NCBI GenBank assembly: GCA_964490395.1
Contig: CAZBAS010000002.1
Span: 18,566 to 82,565 of the forward strand
Length of the DNA: 64,000 nucleotides
Direction of reading: 5' to 3'
Source of the DNA: an uncultured Candidatus Saccharibacteria bacterium
Lineage (GTDB): Bacteria > Patescibacteriota > Doudnabacteria > UBA920
The notes under the pieces were generated by a model. That model was given only the letters and a program-made list of their open reading frames with translations, did not search any database and was not told the origin of the DNA. A program made the translations under genes and the position numbers. Below are positions 8,898 to 18,747 of the stretch, piece after piece; within the stretch, counting starts at the first letter, position 1; every line of letters begins with the position of its first letter.

Positions 8898-8954
8898 ATA
8901 AGCGAAGCGCAGAATTAAGAAGTATGAATTACGAATTATGAATGAAGGCCAACA

Positions 8955-10193
8955 CTATCGGGCAACACCAAACTGCTGAAGGGCGTCGCTGTAGGTTTTT
9001 ACTGGTACACCACTTGCAGAAATGGACTGAAGAATTTGCTTAAACTGTGCCACTGGAGTGTGATAAATATCGTCACCAGTATTTGCTATATCGTGGAATA
9101 CAAACACTTCCCAGCGCTTTTGTGCCTGCGCCTCAGCGAGCCAGTTCTGAATGTCTGCCATGGTAGTCTGGGTAGTTATACCACGTACCTTTACGTCGTA
9201 TGGGAATGTTCCTTGTGGGTTACTCCCCTGTTCAAAGTTACGCATGGTCGTGTAATACTTCGCACCCTCACCCAAAATGTATGCGTTATACGCACCATAC
9301 GGAGTAGCAAACAGTTTTGGGCTCCACTTTGCTAGCGCAGCTTTGGAAGCTTCTAGCTCGGTTACAGCTTGAGCAGGAGTAATAGTGGTCATGTCTGTGT
9401 GGTTTACACTGTGAGACGCAATTTCCCAACCACTGGTGTAGAGTGCTTGTATTTGAGTACTCGTCATGTAGGTGGTGTCTTGGTCAGTGTAGCTGGTAAT
9501 AATACCGCTCACACCCTTGAAGCCATACACATCCATAGCTGGTTTTGCAGCGGTGAATGTGTTCGCTGGACCATCGTCGAACATAAGCGTTACTGCTGCT
9601 TGTGTTGGCTCAAAATCCGCTACAGTAACATCGTCAAACCAAGCAGTACCGCTGGCGTTGATAAGTGCAGGTACTACAAAAATATAATCTATAGGTCCGT
9701 TTATAAAAGAAACGCTTCCCGTGTTAAACCCAACCCAGCGCCAATCAAACGTACCAGAGTTTGCGATGGTGTTCCAGTACAGCGTACGGCCATCCATCAT
9801 GTGAATTTCTGCGTAGATGGACGCGCCAAAATATGAACCATTTACCATGTTCACATTGCTGCCCTTTACGTAGGCGCCAATGAACACTGGTTTCTGTACA
9901 GACTGGTGAAAGTCTACGCGCTGGTATCCACCAGCCATGGCATTCTGGGTAGCGTTCTGGAGCCGCATACTAAACTGACCAGTGTGGCCACCCGCAACAC
10001 GAGTATAGCCTCCGCCAAAATCCTGCCAGTCATATGCCTTGTCAGCACCGTTGCCAACCTGCTCAAATCCGCCATCGTTTAAGGGGTCAAGCATAGCAGC
10101 CTGGGCTGTGCGTGAAAACGAAGCAAGCGACAGCACCAGAAGGGCTACAACGAGCAAAACCTGCAATTTCTTTATCATGTTTTTAGAGCTCAT
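8955..10193 (-). CDS. Secreted polysaccharide deacetylase (CE4/NodB) with an N-terminal CBM.
   Basis: Signal peptide (LQVLLVVALLVLSLASFS); CE4 motifs MFDDGP and HSVNHTDM; N-terminal CBM paralogous to 6662..7387. Confidence 0.75.
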   Translation of the reverse strand: MSSKNMIKKLQVLLVVALLVLSLASFSRTAQAAMLDPLNDGGFEQVGNGADKAYDWQDFGGGYTRVAGGHTGQFSMRLQNATQNAMAGGYQRVDFHQSVQKPVFIGAYVKGSNVNMVNGSYFGASIYAEIHMMDGRTLYWNTIANSGTFDWRWVGFNTGSVSFINGPIDYIFVVPALINASGTAWFDDVTVADFEPTQAAVTLMFDDGPANTFTAAKPAMDVYGFKGVSGIITSYTDQDTTYMTSTQIQALYTSGWEIASHSVNHTDMTTITPAQAVTELEASKAALAKWSPKLFATPYGAYNAYILGEGAKYYTTMRNFEQGSNPQGTFPYDVKVRGITTQTTMADIQNWLAEAQAQKRWEVFVFHDIANTGDDIYHTPVAQFKQILQSISASGVPVKTYSDALQQFGVAR

Positions 10194-10262
10194 AAATTGT
10201 TATATAACAGACTATTATAGGATAAAAGGCATGTAGTGGCAAATGGAAGTTTGGGCGAAAAC

Positions 10263-11603
10263 CTAGGCACTAGTAGTAATAGTTCGCCGCGTGGGAGACA
10301 CCCAGGCACCTGTGGATTGGACCAAAAAGGTTCGCGGAAACGCCATAAGGAAGGTCCAGGCATCTATGTATTTCATAAAGAGAAACCCAAATCCGTACCA
10401 CAAGTACTGGGGCCTTCTAAATAGTATGGCTATAATAACCGACACTGCGTAGTCTATGGCAAAAAGCAACAACAGCCCTTTGAGTATGTTGTATTCTTGC
10501 GTAAACATGGTGTACAAGTCGTATACCCACGGGCTTACGTGACCAGCACCAAGGGCCGCAACCACTCCAATGAATACGAGTATTGCGGGAAGTAGTATAA
10601 GGCTGATGGTAGAAAGGAGTACTTCAGCAGAATACAAGAGTAGTGCTGCAGAAAATAAGCTCGGCCAAAACCCGTGACGCTTAAGTGTTTGCCAGTACCC
10701 TAGGTGCCAGCGGCGTACCTGCTTGTAGTAATCTCTGAGGTTATCTGGATCTTGTGTATTTCCATAGACACGAGGGTCCATAATAATTTTACCTAAGCGC
10801 TTACGGTGCACCTCAAAGGTCATGTTGTAATCTTCTATCACGAGTCCCCTCGCAGCTATATCTATGCGCGGTAAAATGCTTGCTCGGTATAAACTACAAA
10901 ACCCAGGAATAATAGGTGTTACAGACACGCCAAGCCAAGCCTGCGCATATTTAATAAGATACTGCACCAGAATGTACACACGTTCTCTGTGGGCCAGCAC
11001 AAACATGTTCCAAAAACCAGTGGTTGCTGGCTCCCATAGTGTTTTAGCAAAACCCGCCACTGCGGCTACGCGATCATCTTCCAGATAGGGCAAGGCATAG
11101 TCTAGATAGGTGGGACTAATGATAGTATCGGCATCTACAAACAGTACCCCTGCATAGCGCTGAGCAAGCTCAAAATGGTCTATGCCTTTTTTAAGCGCAC
11201 CTGCTTTACCAGAGTTTTCTGGCTCTAGCACATTCACGCCAAAACTTCGGGCTATGTCTGCGGTCTTGTCTTTAGACCCATCGGAGATGATGTAGATATT
11301 TTGCGGCGGCACTAGCACGAGGAGAGACCGTATAGACTTGGCTATAACCAATTCTTCGTTGTAGGCGGCCATGATAATAGCAACATCATGTTTGGTGAGG
11401 GTGCGCGTAGTAGAACGCTGAGGGACCAAACCTTTCACGGTAATTCGCAGGCCAGGAATGCGCGCAACTATTTCTACAAAAAATCGCACAACACCTATAC
11501 TTCCCCAAATGAGCAGGTTAAAACCGACAAGCGTAATAAGCTCATATATAAATGAGCTTGAATGAAACGGTACAAGTTTTACGAAAAAATCTAAACTAGG
11601 CAT
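10263..11603 (-). CDS. Family 2 processive glycosyltransferase (PgaC/cellulose/chitin-synthase-like) with N- and C-terminal TM segments.
   Basis: GT2 motifs: DVAIIMAAYNEE (DXD region), VLFVDADT and the Q/RxxRW-like RRWHLGYWQ. Multiple TM helices. Overlaps the upstream UXS gene by 8 nt (operon). Confidence 0.8.
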   Translation of the reverse strand: MPSLDFFVKLVPFHSSSFIYELITLVGFNLLIWGSIGVVRFFVEIVARIPGLRITVKGLVPQRSTTRTLTKHDVAIIMAAYNEELVIAKSIRSLLVLVPPQNIYIISDGSKDKTADIARSFGVNVLEPENSGKAGALKKGIDHFELAQRYAGVLFVDADTIISPTYLDYALPYLEDDRVAAVAGFAKTLWEPATTGFWNMFVLAHRERVYILVQYLIKYAQAWLGVSVTPIIPGFCSLYRASILPRIDIAARGLVIEDYNMTFEVHRKRLGKIIMDPRVYGNTQDPDNLRDYYKQVRRWHLGYWQTLKRHGFWPSLFSAALLLYSAEVLLSTISLILLPAILVFIGVVAALGAGHVSPWVYDLYTMFTQEYNILKGLLLLFAIDYAVSVIIAILFRRPQYLWYGFGFLFMKYIDAWTFLMAFPRTFLVQSTGAWVSPTRRTITTSA

Positions 11604-12555
11604 TTACCAGTCGAATTTTAAAATGTGCAATGGTGCGTGCCAAACCTTCTTCCAAACCTACGCTTGGTTTCCAGCCAAGGTTACGCACTTTGGTTGTATC
11701 GGGCAAGCGGCCAGAATGGTCGTGCGCCGGTCGCGGAACTGACACTATAGTACTTTGTGAACCAGTAAGTGCAAGTACCTGCTCAGCGAATGTTTTTATG
11801 GTAACTTGGTCAGTACCACCAACATTATAAGCTTCACCAGCAACACCATGCTCCATTACCAGTTCTACGCCGCTAATAACATCGTCTACATAGCAAAAGG
11901 TTCGGTTCTGAGACCCTTCACCTTGTATGGTTAAAGACTCACCGAGCAATGCTTGGCGAATGAATGTAGAAATAACGCGAGTATCACGGAGCACGTAGTT
12001 AGGACCATACGCATTAAAGAAACGCACTATTTTTCCGTCTACGCCGTACTTTTGCACGTAGAGACGAACATAGCTTTCTGCAACACGTTTTCCTTCTTCG
12101 TACGGAGCACGAAACCCAAGCGGGTCTACGTTGCCAGTGTACGTTTCGTTTTGCGGACTCACCTCTGGTTCGCCGTAGACTTCGGCAGAACTTGCGTGGA
12201 AAAACTTTGCCTTGTGCATGCGAGCGAGGTTAAGCAGATTGCGCACACCAAGCGTGCATGTGTCGAGCATAAGTTCGCCAAGTTTATCTGGTGCAATGTT
12301 TGGTACACCAGTAGGACAGGCAAAGTCGTATATGCGGTCAAAGGTATATGTTTTACCTAAGAATGCAACAAGTTCTGTATTACAAATATCCCCTTCTATA
12401 AATGTGAAGGACGCGTTCTGTTCTAGCGCCTGGATATTTTCAATTTCTCCCGTAATTAGGTTGTCTATTGCGACAACTGTGTGACCCTGGTTTAAAAAAT
12501 AGGCAGCAAAATTTGAGCCTAAGAAACCTGCACCCCCAGCTATAAGAATGTTCAT
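11596..12555 (-). CDS. UDP-glucuronate decarboxylase (UDP-xylose synthase)-like NAD-dependent epimerase/dehydratase.
   Basis: GGAGFLGS Rossmann motif and SSAEVYGEPEVSPQNETY...YEEGKR, characteristic of UXS-type SDR enzymes. Confidence 0.75.
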   Translation of the reverse strand: MNILIAGGAGFLGSNFAAYFLNQGHTVVAIDNLITGEIENIQALEQNASFTFIEGDICNTELVAFLGKTYTFDRIYDFACPTGVPNIAPDKLGELMLDTCTLGVRNLLNLARMHKAKFFHASSAEVYGEPEVSPQNETYTGNVDPLGFRAPYEEGKRVAESYVRLYVQKYGVDGKIVRFFNAYGPNYVLRDTRVISTFIRQALLGESLTIQGEGSQNRTFCYVDDVISGVELVMEHGVAGEAYNVGGTDQVTIKTFAEQVLALTGSQSTIVSVPRPAHDHSGRLPDTTKVRNLGWKPSVGLEEGLARTIAHFKIRLVNA

Positions 12556-12611
12556 AAAATCAGCATTAAAATGAATGACCGAGTATTATACTGAGTTTTA
12601 CAGAAAAAAGC

Positions 12612-12745
12612 AAGGGCCCCATGGTAAATCCATGTAAACATATAAGCATATAAGCATTTAAACAAAAGAGGGACCCCACAGAACGTCTAAATTCTGTTTG
12701 TTTACATGTTTAAATGCTTATATGTTTTAATGTTTACAAAAACCA
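12612..12745. repeat. Long AT-rich imperfect inverted repeat (arms about 30 nt: ...GTAAACATATAAGCATATAAGCATTTAAACAAA / TTTGTTTACATGTTTAAATGCTTATATGTTT).
   Basis: Direct read of the sequence; the arms are reverse complements separated by a loop of about 30 nt. It lies between the UXS start and the small basic ORF. Confidence 0.6.
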
Positions 12746-12799
12746 AAAACCGCCTAACAAGTAGGACGGTTTTAGGTAACTCTTGCGAGTAAGGAAGGA

Positions 12800-12883
12800 T
12801 TAAAGGCGCTTCTTCGAAGCCTTCTTTGTTGCCTTCTTTGCAACCTTTTTCTTGGCTGCTTTTTTGGTGGCTTTCTTTGCCAT
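12800..12883 (-). CDS. Possible tiny Lys/Ala-rich basic protein (MAKKATKKAAKKKVAKKATKKASKKRL).
   Basis: 27-aa ORF (34 aa from the upstream ATG) with GGGAGA 9 nt upstream. Followed on the - strand by a hairpin plus T-run terminator (12745-12775), and a large AT-rich region lies upstream. Histone H1-like composition; not in the ORF track (<60 aa). Confidence 0.3.
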   Translation of the reverse strand: MAKKATKKAAKKKVAKKATKKASKKRL

Positions 12884-13375
12884 TTTGCTAGTCTCCCGAG
12901 GCATAGACTGATTTTGGTCCATGCTCTTTAATTTTCTACTGCGCGTAAAAATGCGCTAGTAGCAACAGATAATTTCTTTCGGTGTTTCTTTCTAGTACAA
13001 GATATTCTTTGGTGTGGCGTGTTGCTCACACCAACCTTCGATATTTTATTTCAATCAAAGGTAGGATTTCTATTTCTATACTTCTACATGTTATAAAGAG
13101 TGGTAAGTTATTTTTGAAAAATATTTTTCAAATTTTTTCTCGCTCTTTATTTTTTGTAGGTGTCAATGTGCTTACATTAAAAATTATCGCGAAAAAAGTT
13201 TATTGTGTCAAGATACTACTGTTGATAACTTTTTTATAAAAAATATTTTCTACTTAATAAAAATATACAAAAATATATTTTGCAAAATATTTTTTCACTC
13301 GCACACAGTATAAAAGTAATTTGTGAGAATAATATGGCAAGATACGATACCATGTAACATATGGCATGTAACGAG

Positions 13376-13404
13376 TAACAAAAAACCGGACGAAGTCCGG
13401 TTTC
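13376..13404 (-). terminator. Rho-independent terminator of the atp operon.
   Basis: AAACCGGAC-GAAG-GTCCGGTTT followed by TTTTTTT on the - strand, 40 nt downstream of the atpC stop. Confidence 0.75.
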
Positions 13405-13450
13405 AACATGTTATATGTTACATGCCACCTGTTACATGCTTTGCACTCCT

Positions 13451-13906
13451 CTAATCTTCTCGCACCCCTTCACCGGTTATGGAAGTTCTCCGTCTATGTG
13501 CGTGCTTTCGCACTACCTGTAAATGAGAAAGATTTCTTTCAAGCGAAGCAGAAACTACTGCGTATTCTTCGGCAGACAGTGTCTGCTGCGTGAGACGTTC
13601 CTGTGCCCGAGCAACCGCCTCCGCAACTGCACGCTCATCTAGCTCATCTATGTGCTGCGCAGTATCCGCCAGCACAACTACCGTGTTACTTGGTTGAATT
13701 TGCAAAAAACCGCCCACAACACTTACCACCTGTTGCCCTGCCTCGGTATGGGCAATAAGCTCACCGGCAGAGAGTTCGGTCAGCATGGGAGCATGGTGCG
13801 GCAAGATGGTAATTTGCCCTGTCGTAGTAGGACACACTACACTCTCTACCTCTGCATCTACAATAGTGCGCTCAGGAGTTACTAATTGGAATTTAAAAGT
13901 GGCCAT
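13451..13906 (-). CDS. atpC: F1 ATP synthase epsilon subunit.
   Basis: Last gene of the atp cluster; N-terminal beta-sandwich followed by a helical hairpin, of typical epsilon length. Confidence 0.75.
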   Translation of the reverse strand: MATFKFQLVTPERTIVDAEVESVVCPTTTGQITILPHHAPMLTELSAGELIAHTEAGQQVVSVVGGFLQIQPSNTVVVLADTAQHIDELDERAVAEAVARAQERLTQQTLSAEEYAVVSASLERNLSHLQVVRKHAHRRRTSITGEGVRED

Positions 13907-14004
13907 AAAGTATCGATGCTAATATACGAATACATACTAATGATACAAATAATGCCCAATGTATTAATTCGTATAATTAGTACATTGGTATATTCGTATC
14001 GATA
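13907..14004. repeat. AT-rich imperfect inverted repeat at the atpD/atpC junction.
   Basis: AGTATCGATGCTAATATACGAATAC ... GTATATTCGTATCGATACT. Confidence 0.55.
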
Positions 14005-15500
<1,496 letters not shown>

Positions 15501-16595
15501 CTACTGCCCTTCCAACGCTATCTTCCCTGCCGTTATTTCACTCAACTCGGTTGTAATCTTATTTTGCCGCAGTTGGTTAAACGTAAGGGTTAAGTCTGCA
15601 ATTAAGTCTCCAGCACTTTCTGTTGCGTTCTTCATCATGATCATGCGGGCACTGTGTTCGGAGGCATCGCTTTCTAGCAGAGTCTGATAGAGCTGGCTTT
15701 CAAGAACTTTCGGAAGCAGGTGGCTGAGTACTTTTTCTGGAGATGGTTCTATGAGGTAGCCTGCTTGGTTCATACCACCCCTCGCCCCTCCTACCTTAGG
15801 AGGGGAACCGGAGGATACATCTGCGATTGAGGAACCACTATCGGCATTTTTTCCTCCCCTAACATAGGGGAGGCTAGGTGGGGTATCATTTTCGAGGCTC
15901 AGCGGCAACAGCTGCACTGTGCGTGCTTGTTGAGATAGTGTAGAAATAAAATGGTTATAGACTATATAAACGGAATTGTATTCCCCAGATATAAATGAGT
16001 CACTTATGAGACGCGCAACGGGAGCTATTTGGTCAATGGACGGGGTACTTTCGGACTTTGCAAAATCTGCCAGTACTCGGCGACGCATGCGTACAGCCAT
16101 GTCCATGGCTTTGCGACCCATAATAACGTACTCAAGGTTATCACGACCGTGCTGTTCCTCGAGTTTTTTAATCTGAACAAACAAGTTCGAGTTAAAACCG
16201 CCAACAAGTCCTTTATTTGTGGATATAACAACGACTAGTGCTTTTGTCGCAGAAGTGTTTGGTTGCATAAGAGCTGCGTAGTTCGTACCCTCTCTAACTC
16301 CCCCTACTCTAGGGGGAGAACCGGAAGAAACATCCGTGACGTAGGAACCACCCTCGGCATTTATTCCCCTCCTAGAATAGGAGGGGTTAAGGGCGGTAGG
16401 ATTCTCTGACGCCGATACCGTACCCCCCAAAGACCGCACCAAACTAAGCGCAAGCTCGCTATACGTGCGGCTGGCAACAGTTGCAGCCTGACTCTTGCGC
16501 ATTTTGGCAGCACTAATCATCTGCATAGCCCGCGTAACCTTGCGCGTGCTCTTGATAGATTTTATTCGGCGTGTGAGTTCTTGCGTACTTGGCAT
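15501..16595 (-). CDS. atpG: F1 ATP synthase gamma subunit carrying two in-frame insertions of about 35-40 aa derived from a palindromic repeat element.
   Basis: The conserved N-terminus (RRIKSIKSTRKVTRAMQMISAAKMRK) and C-terminus (SEHSARMIMMKNATESAGDLI...ELSEITAG) are present. It is 364 aa against about 290 typical. The extra segments ...SYVTDVSSGSPPRVGGVREG... and ...TPPSLPYVRGGKNADSGSSIADVSSGSPPKVGGARGG... are encoded by the repeat copies at 16299..16396 and 15785..15882. Confidence 0.85.
   Translation of the reverse strand: MPSTQELTRRIKSIKSTRKVTRAMQMISAAKMRKSQAATVASRTYSELALSLVRSLGGTVSASENPTALNPSYSRRGINAEGGSYVTDVSSGSPPRVGGVREGTNYAALMQPNTSATKALVVVISTNKGLVGGFNSNLFVQIKKLEEQHGRDNLEYVIMGRKAMDMAVRMRRRVLADFAKSESTPSIDQIAPVARLISDSFISGEYNSVYIVYNHFISTLSQQARTVQLLPLSLENDTPPSLPYVRGGKNADSGSSIADVSSGSPPKVGGARGGMNQAGYLIEPSPEKVLSHLLPKVLESQLYQTLLESDASEHSARMIMMKNATESAGDLIADLTLTFNQLRQNKITTELSEITAGKIALEGQ
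15785..15882. repeat. Hairpin-pair repeat element (RPE-like), copy A, inserted in-frame within atpG.
   Basis: CCCCTCCTA-CCT-TAGGAGGGG ... CCTCCCCTA-ACA-TAGGGGAGG-CTAGGTGGGG. It aligns with copy B at 16299..16396 and with the half copies at 20636..20675 and 36388..36425. Confidence 0.7.
16299..16396. repeat. Hairpin-pair repeat element (RPE-like), copy B, inserted in-frame within atpG.
   Basis: CTCCCCCTA-CTC-TAGGGGGAG ... CCCCTCCTA-GAA-TAGGAGGGG-TTAAGGGCGG. The shared core ...AACCGGA(G/A)GA(T/A)ACATC...GGAACCAC(T/C)(A/C)TCGGCATTT.. confirms homology with copy A. Confidence 0.7.
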
Positions 16596-16679
16596 AAACA
16601 GTTCGTAAAGTTTATAAAGCTGAAAGTTTATAAAGTCAGAAATTACTTTATGAACTTTAAAAGCATTATAAACTTTTAA
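16596..16679. repeat. AT-rich repeat/inverted-repeat element (GTTTATAAAG/TTCGTAAAG units) at the atpA/atpG junction.
   Basis: ...CGTAAAGTTTATAAAGCTGAAAGTTTATAAAGTCAGAAATTACTTTATGAACTTTAAAAGCATTATAAACTTTT; the same unit type occurs at 60520-60600. Confidence 0.6.
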
Positions 16680-18179
16680 CTACATAGTTTGCTTAAAATT
16701 CTCAATCGCTTCCTTAAGCTTTGCTTCGGTTTCTTCGTCGAGCTGTTTGGTGTCGCGGATGGTTTTGATGACTTCGCGGCCTTGGGTTGCCATGAACTCA
16801 TTAAACTTTTGCTGCCACTCGCCTATCTTTTCTACTGGTACGTCATCGGCATAGCCATTGTTTGCAGCATACAAGACTGCCACTTGGTACTCCATTGGTA
16901 CTGGAGCGTACTGGGGCTGTTTCAGAATTTCTGTCATGCGGCGACCAAGTTCTAGAGACTTGCGAGTCGCTTCATCTAAATCTGAACCAAACTGCGCAAA
17001 TGACTCAAGCTCGCGGAACTGGGCCAGTGCAAACTTCAGCTTGCCTGCCACTTTTTTCATGGCTTTGGTTTGCGCAGCACTACCTACACGGGACACAGAG
17101 ATACCAACGTTTAGCGCAGGACGAATACCTTTGTAAAACAGTTCGCTTTCAAGGAAAATTTGCCCATCAGTAATGGAAATAACGTTTGTTGGAATGTACG
17201 CAGACACATCCCCTGCTTGGGTTTCAATGATTGGCAGAGCGGTAATGGACCCACCACCAAAATCTGCGTTCAAGCTTGCAGAACGTTCAAGCAAACGAGA
17301 GTGGAGATAGAACACATCACCGGGGTACGCTTCACGTCCTGGTGGACGGCGAAGGAGCAATGATATTTCACGGTAGGCAACAGCTTGCTTAGATAAATCA
17401 TCGTACACAATAAGCACGTCTTTACCTTGGTCCATAAAGAACTCACCCATGGCACACCCCGCGTACGGAGCAAGATATTGCAATGCAGCAGATTCCGATG
17501 CAGCAGCAGAAACAACTATGGTGTACTTCATAGCGCCTCGCTCTTCAAGCTCGGCAACTATTTTTGCAACCTTACTTTCCTTTTGACCTATGGCAACATA
17601 AATACAAATCATGTTCTGGTCGTGCTGGTTCAGAATGGCGTCTATAGCAACAGCAGTTTTACCAGTTTGGCGGTCACCAATTATAAGCTCGCGTTGCCCG
17701 CGGCCAATAGGAATAAGGGCGTCTATAGCTTTTATACCTGTCTGCACTGGTTTTCGTACACCTTCACGGGTAATAACACCAGGAGCAATTTTTTCTACCG
17801 GGTAAAACTTTTCTGCTTTAATAGGACCTTTCCCGTCTTTTGGTTCACCAAGCGCAGAAAGCACGCGACCAATGTTTGCTTCGCCAACCGGCACAGATAA
17901 AATCTTCCCTGTGGCTTTAACCAGGTCACCCTGTTTTACTTTTTGGTAGTCGCTTAAAATAATGGCACCTACCGTGCGTTCTTCCAAGTTTAGCGCCACG
18001 CCGGTTATACCTTGGCCAAAGTCGAGCATTTCCATGCTGGCCACTTGGCGAAGACCAGAAATGCGCGCAACACCATCACCCACCTCAAGCACTGTACCAA
18101 CCTGGTCTACCTTAGGGTCTGCACTAAAACTGGTAAGTTTATTCTTTAACTGATCAATAATTTTTTCTGATGTAGTCAT
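16680..18179 (-). CDS. atpA: F1 ATP synthase alpha subunit.
   Basis: Walker A GDRQTGKT; 499 aa; strong family signature throughout. Confidence 0.95.
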   Translation of the reverse strand: MTTSEKIIDQLKNKLTSFSADPKVDQVGTVLEVGDGVARISGLRQVASMEMLDFGQGITGVALNLEERTVGAIILSDYQKVKQGDLVKATGKILSVPVGEANIGRVLSALGEPKDGKGPIKAEKFYPVEKIAPGVITREGVRKPVQTGIKAIDALIPIGRGQRELIIGDRQTGKTAVAIDAILNQHDQNMICIYVAIGQKESKVAKIVAELEERGAMKYTIVVSAAASESAALQYLAPYAGCAMGEFFMDQGKDVLIVYDDLSKQAVAYREISLLLRRPPGREAYPGDVFYLHSRLLERSASLNADFGGGSITALPIIETQAGDVSAYIPTNVISITDGQIFLESELFYKGIRPALNVGISVSRVGSAAQTKAMKKVAGKLKFALAQFRELESFAQFGSDLDEATRKSLELGRRMTEILKQPQYAPVPMEYQVAVLYAANNGYADDVPVEKIGEWQQKFNEFMATQGREVIKTIRDTKQLDEETEAKLKEAIENFKQTM

Positions 18180-18265
18180 ATGCCTTATTGCAAATTGTAG
18201 ATTTCAAATTGCAAATTGATTTCAGAATTAAATCTGCAATCTACAATTTGCAATCTGCAATTATA
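18180..18265. repeat. AT-rich inverted repeat (CAAATTG/AATCTACAA units) at the atpH/atpA junction.
   Basis: GCAAATTGTAGATTTCAAATTGCAAATTGATTTCAGAATTAAATCTGCAATCTACAATTTGCAATCTGCAATT. Confidence 0.65.
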
Positions 18266-18658
18266 TTACTCACTTAAATCTTTCTTTAATCGTTCGAGGT
18301 TCCCTTTGACGCTGGCGTCTATGAGCGTGTCGTCAACTCTGAGTACCATACCGCCCACAAGTTCGTTGTCCACTCTACTCCGTATTTCCATTTGGGGTCC
18401 AGCTACAGAGTTTAGCTCATCGAGTATGCCTTTATTTGCCGTTGCCTCTTTGGCGAATACTGCCTCGACCTCGGTAACTTCTCCAGCAATGAGTGACAGT
18501 TTTTCGAACTCTGCAACTATAGCTTCGTACTTATCGAGTTCGTTATTATCCTTTAAAACCCCAACCAGATTTTCTATAATCACATCTACATCTTCTGGTT
18601 TAGATTCTTGCAGGGCTAGTTGTAACGCTTGTGCGTATTCTTGTATGGTAGTTGCCAT
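18266..18658 (-). CDS. atpH: ATP synthase delta (OSCP) subunit, N-terminally shortened (130 aa).
   Basis: Sits between atpF and atpA. The C-terminal delta-like region (LVGGMVLRVDDTLIDASVKGNLERLKKDL) is present, but the protein is about 50 aa shorter than typical delta subunits. Confidence 0.65.
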   Translation of the reverse strand: MATTIQEYAQALQLALQESKPEDVDVIIENLVGVLKDNNELDKYEAIVAEFEKLSLIAGEVTEVEAVFAKEATANKGILDELNSVAGPQMEIRSRVDNELVGGMVLRVDDTLIDASVKGNLERLKKDLSE

Positions 18659-18747
18659 AAAACTTTTAAAAAGAATGCCTAATTCCTAATTTCTAATATC
18701 TAATTTCTGAATTCCTAACTTAGAAATTAGGAATTAGAGCTTAGACA
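18659..18747. repeat. AT-rich inverted repeat (CCTAAT/TTCTAAT units) at the atpF/atpH junction.
   Basis: GCCTAATTCCTAATTTCTAATATCTAATTTCTGAATTCCTAACTTAGAAATTAGGAATTAGAGCTTAGACATTAGCGC. Confidence 0.65.

Noticed and set aside
12982-13239. 85-aa ORF in the AT-rich region.
   Set aside because: It is an Ile/Leu/Phe/Lys low-complexity translation of AT-rich DNA with no SD; treated as noncoding.
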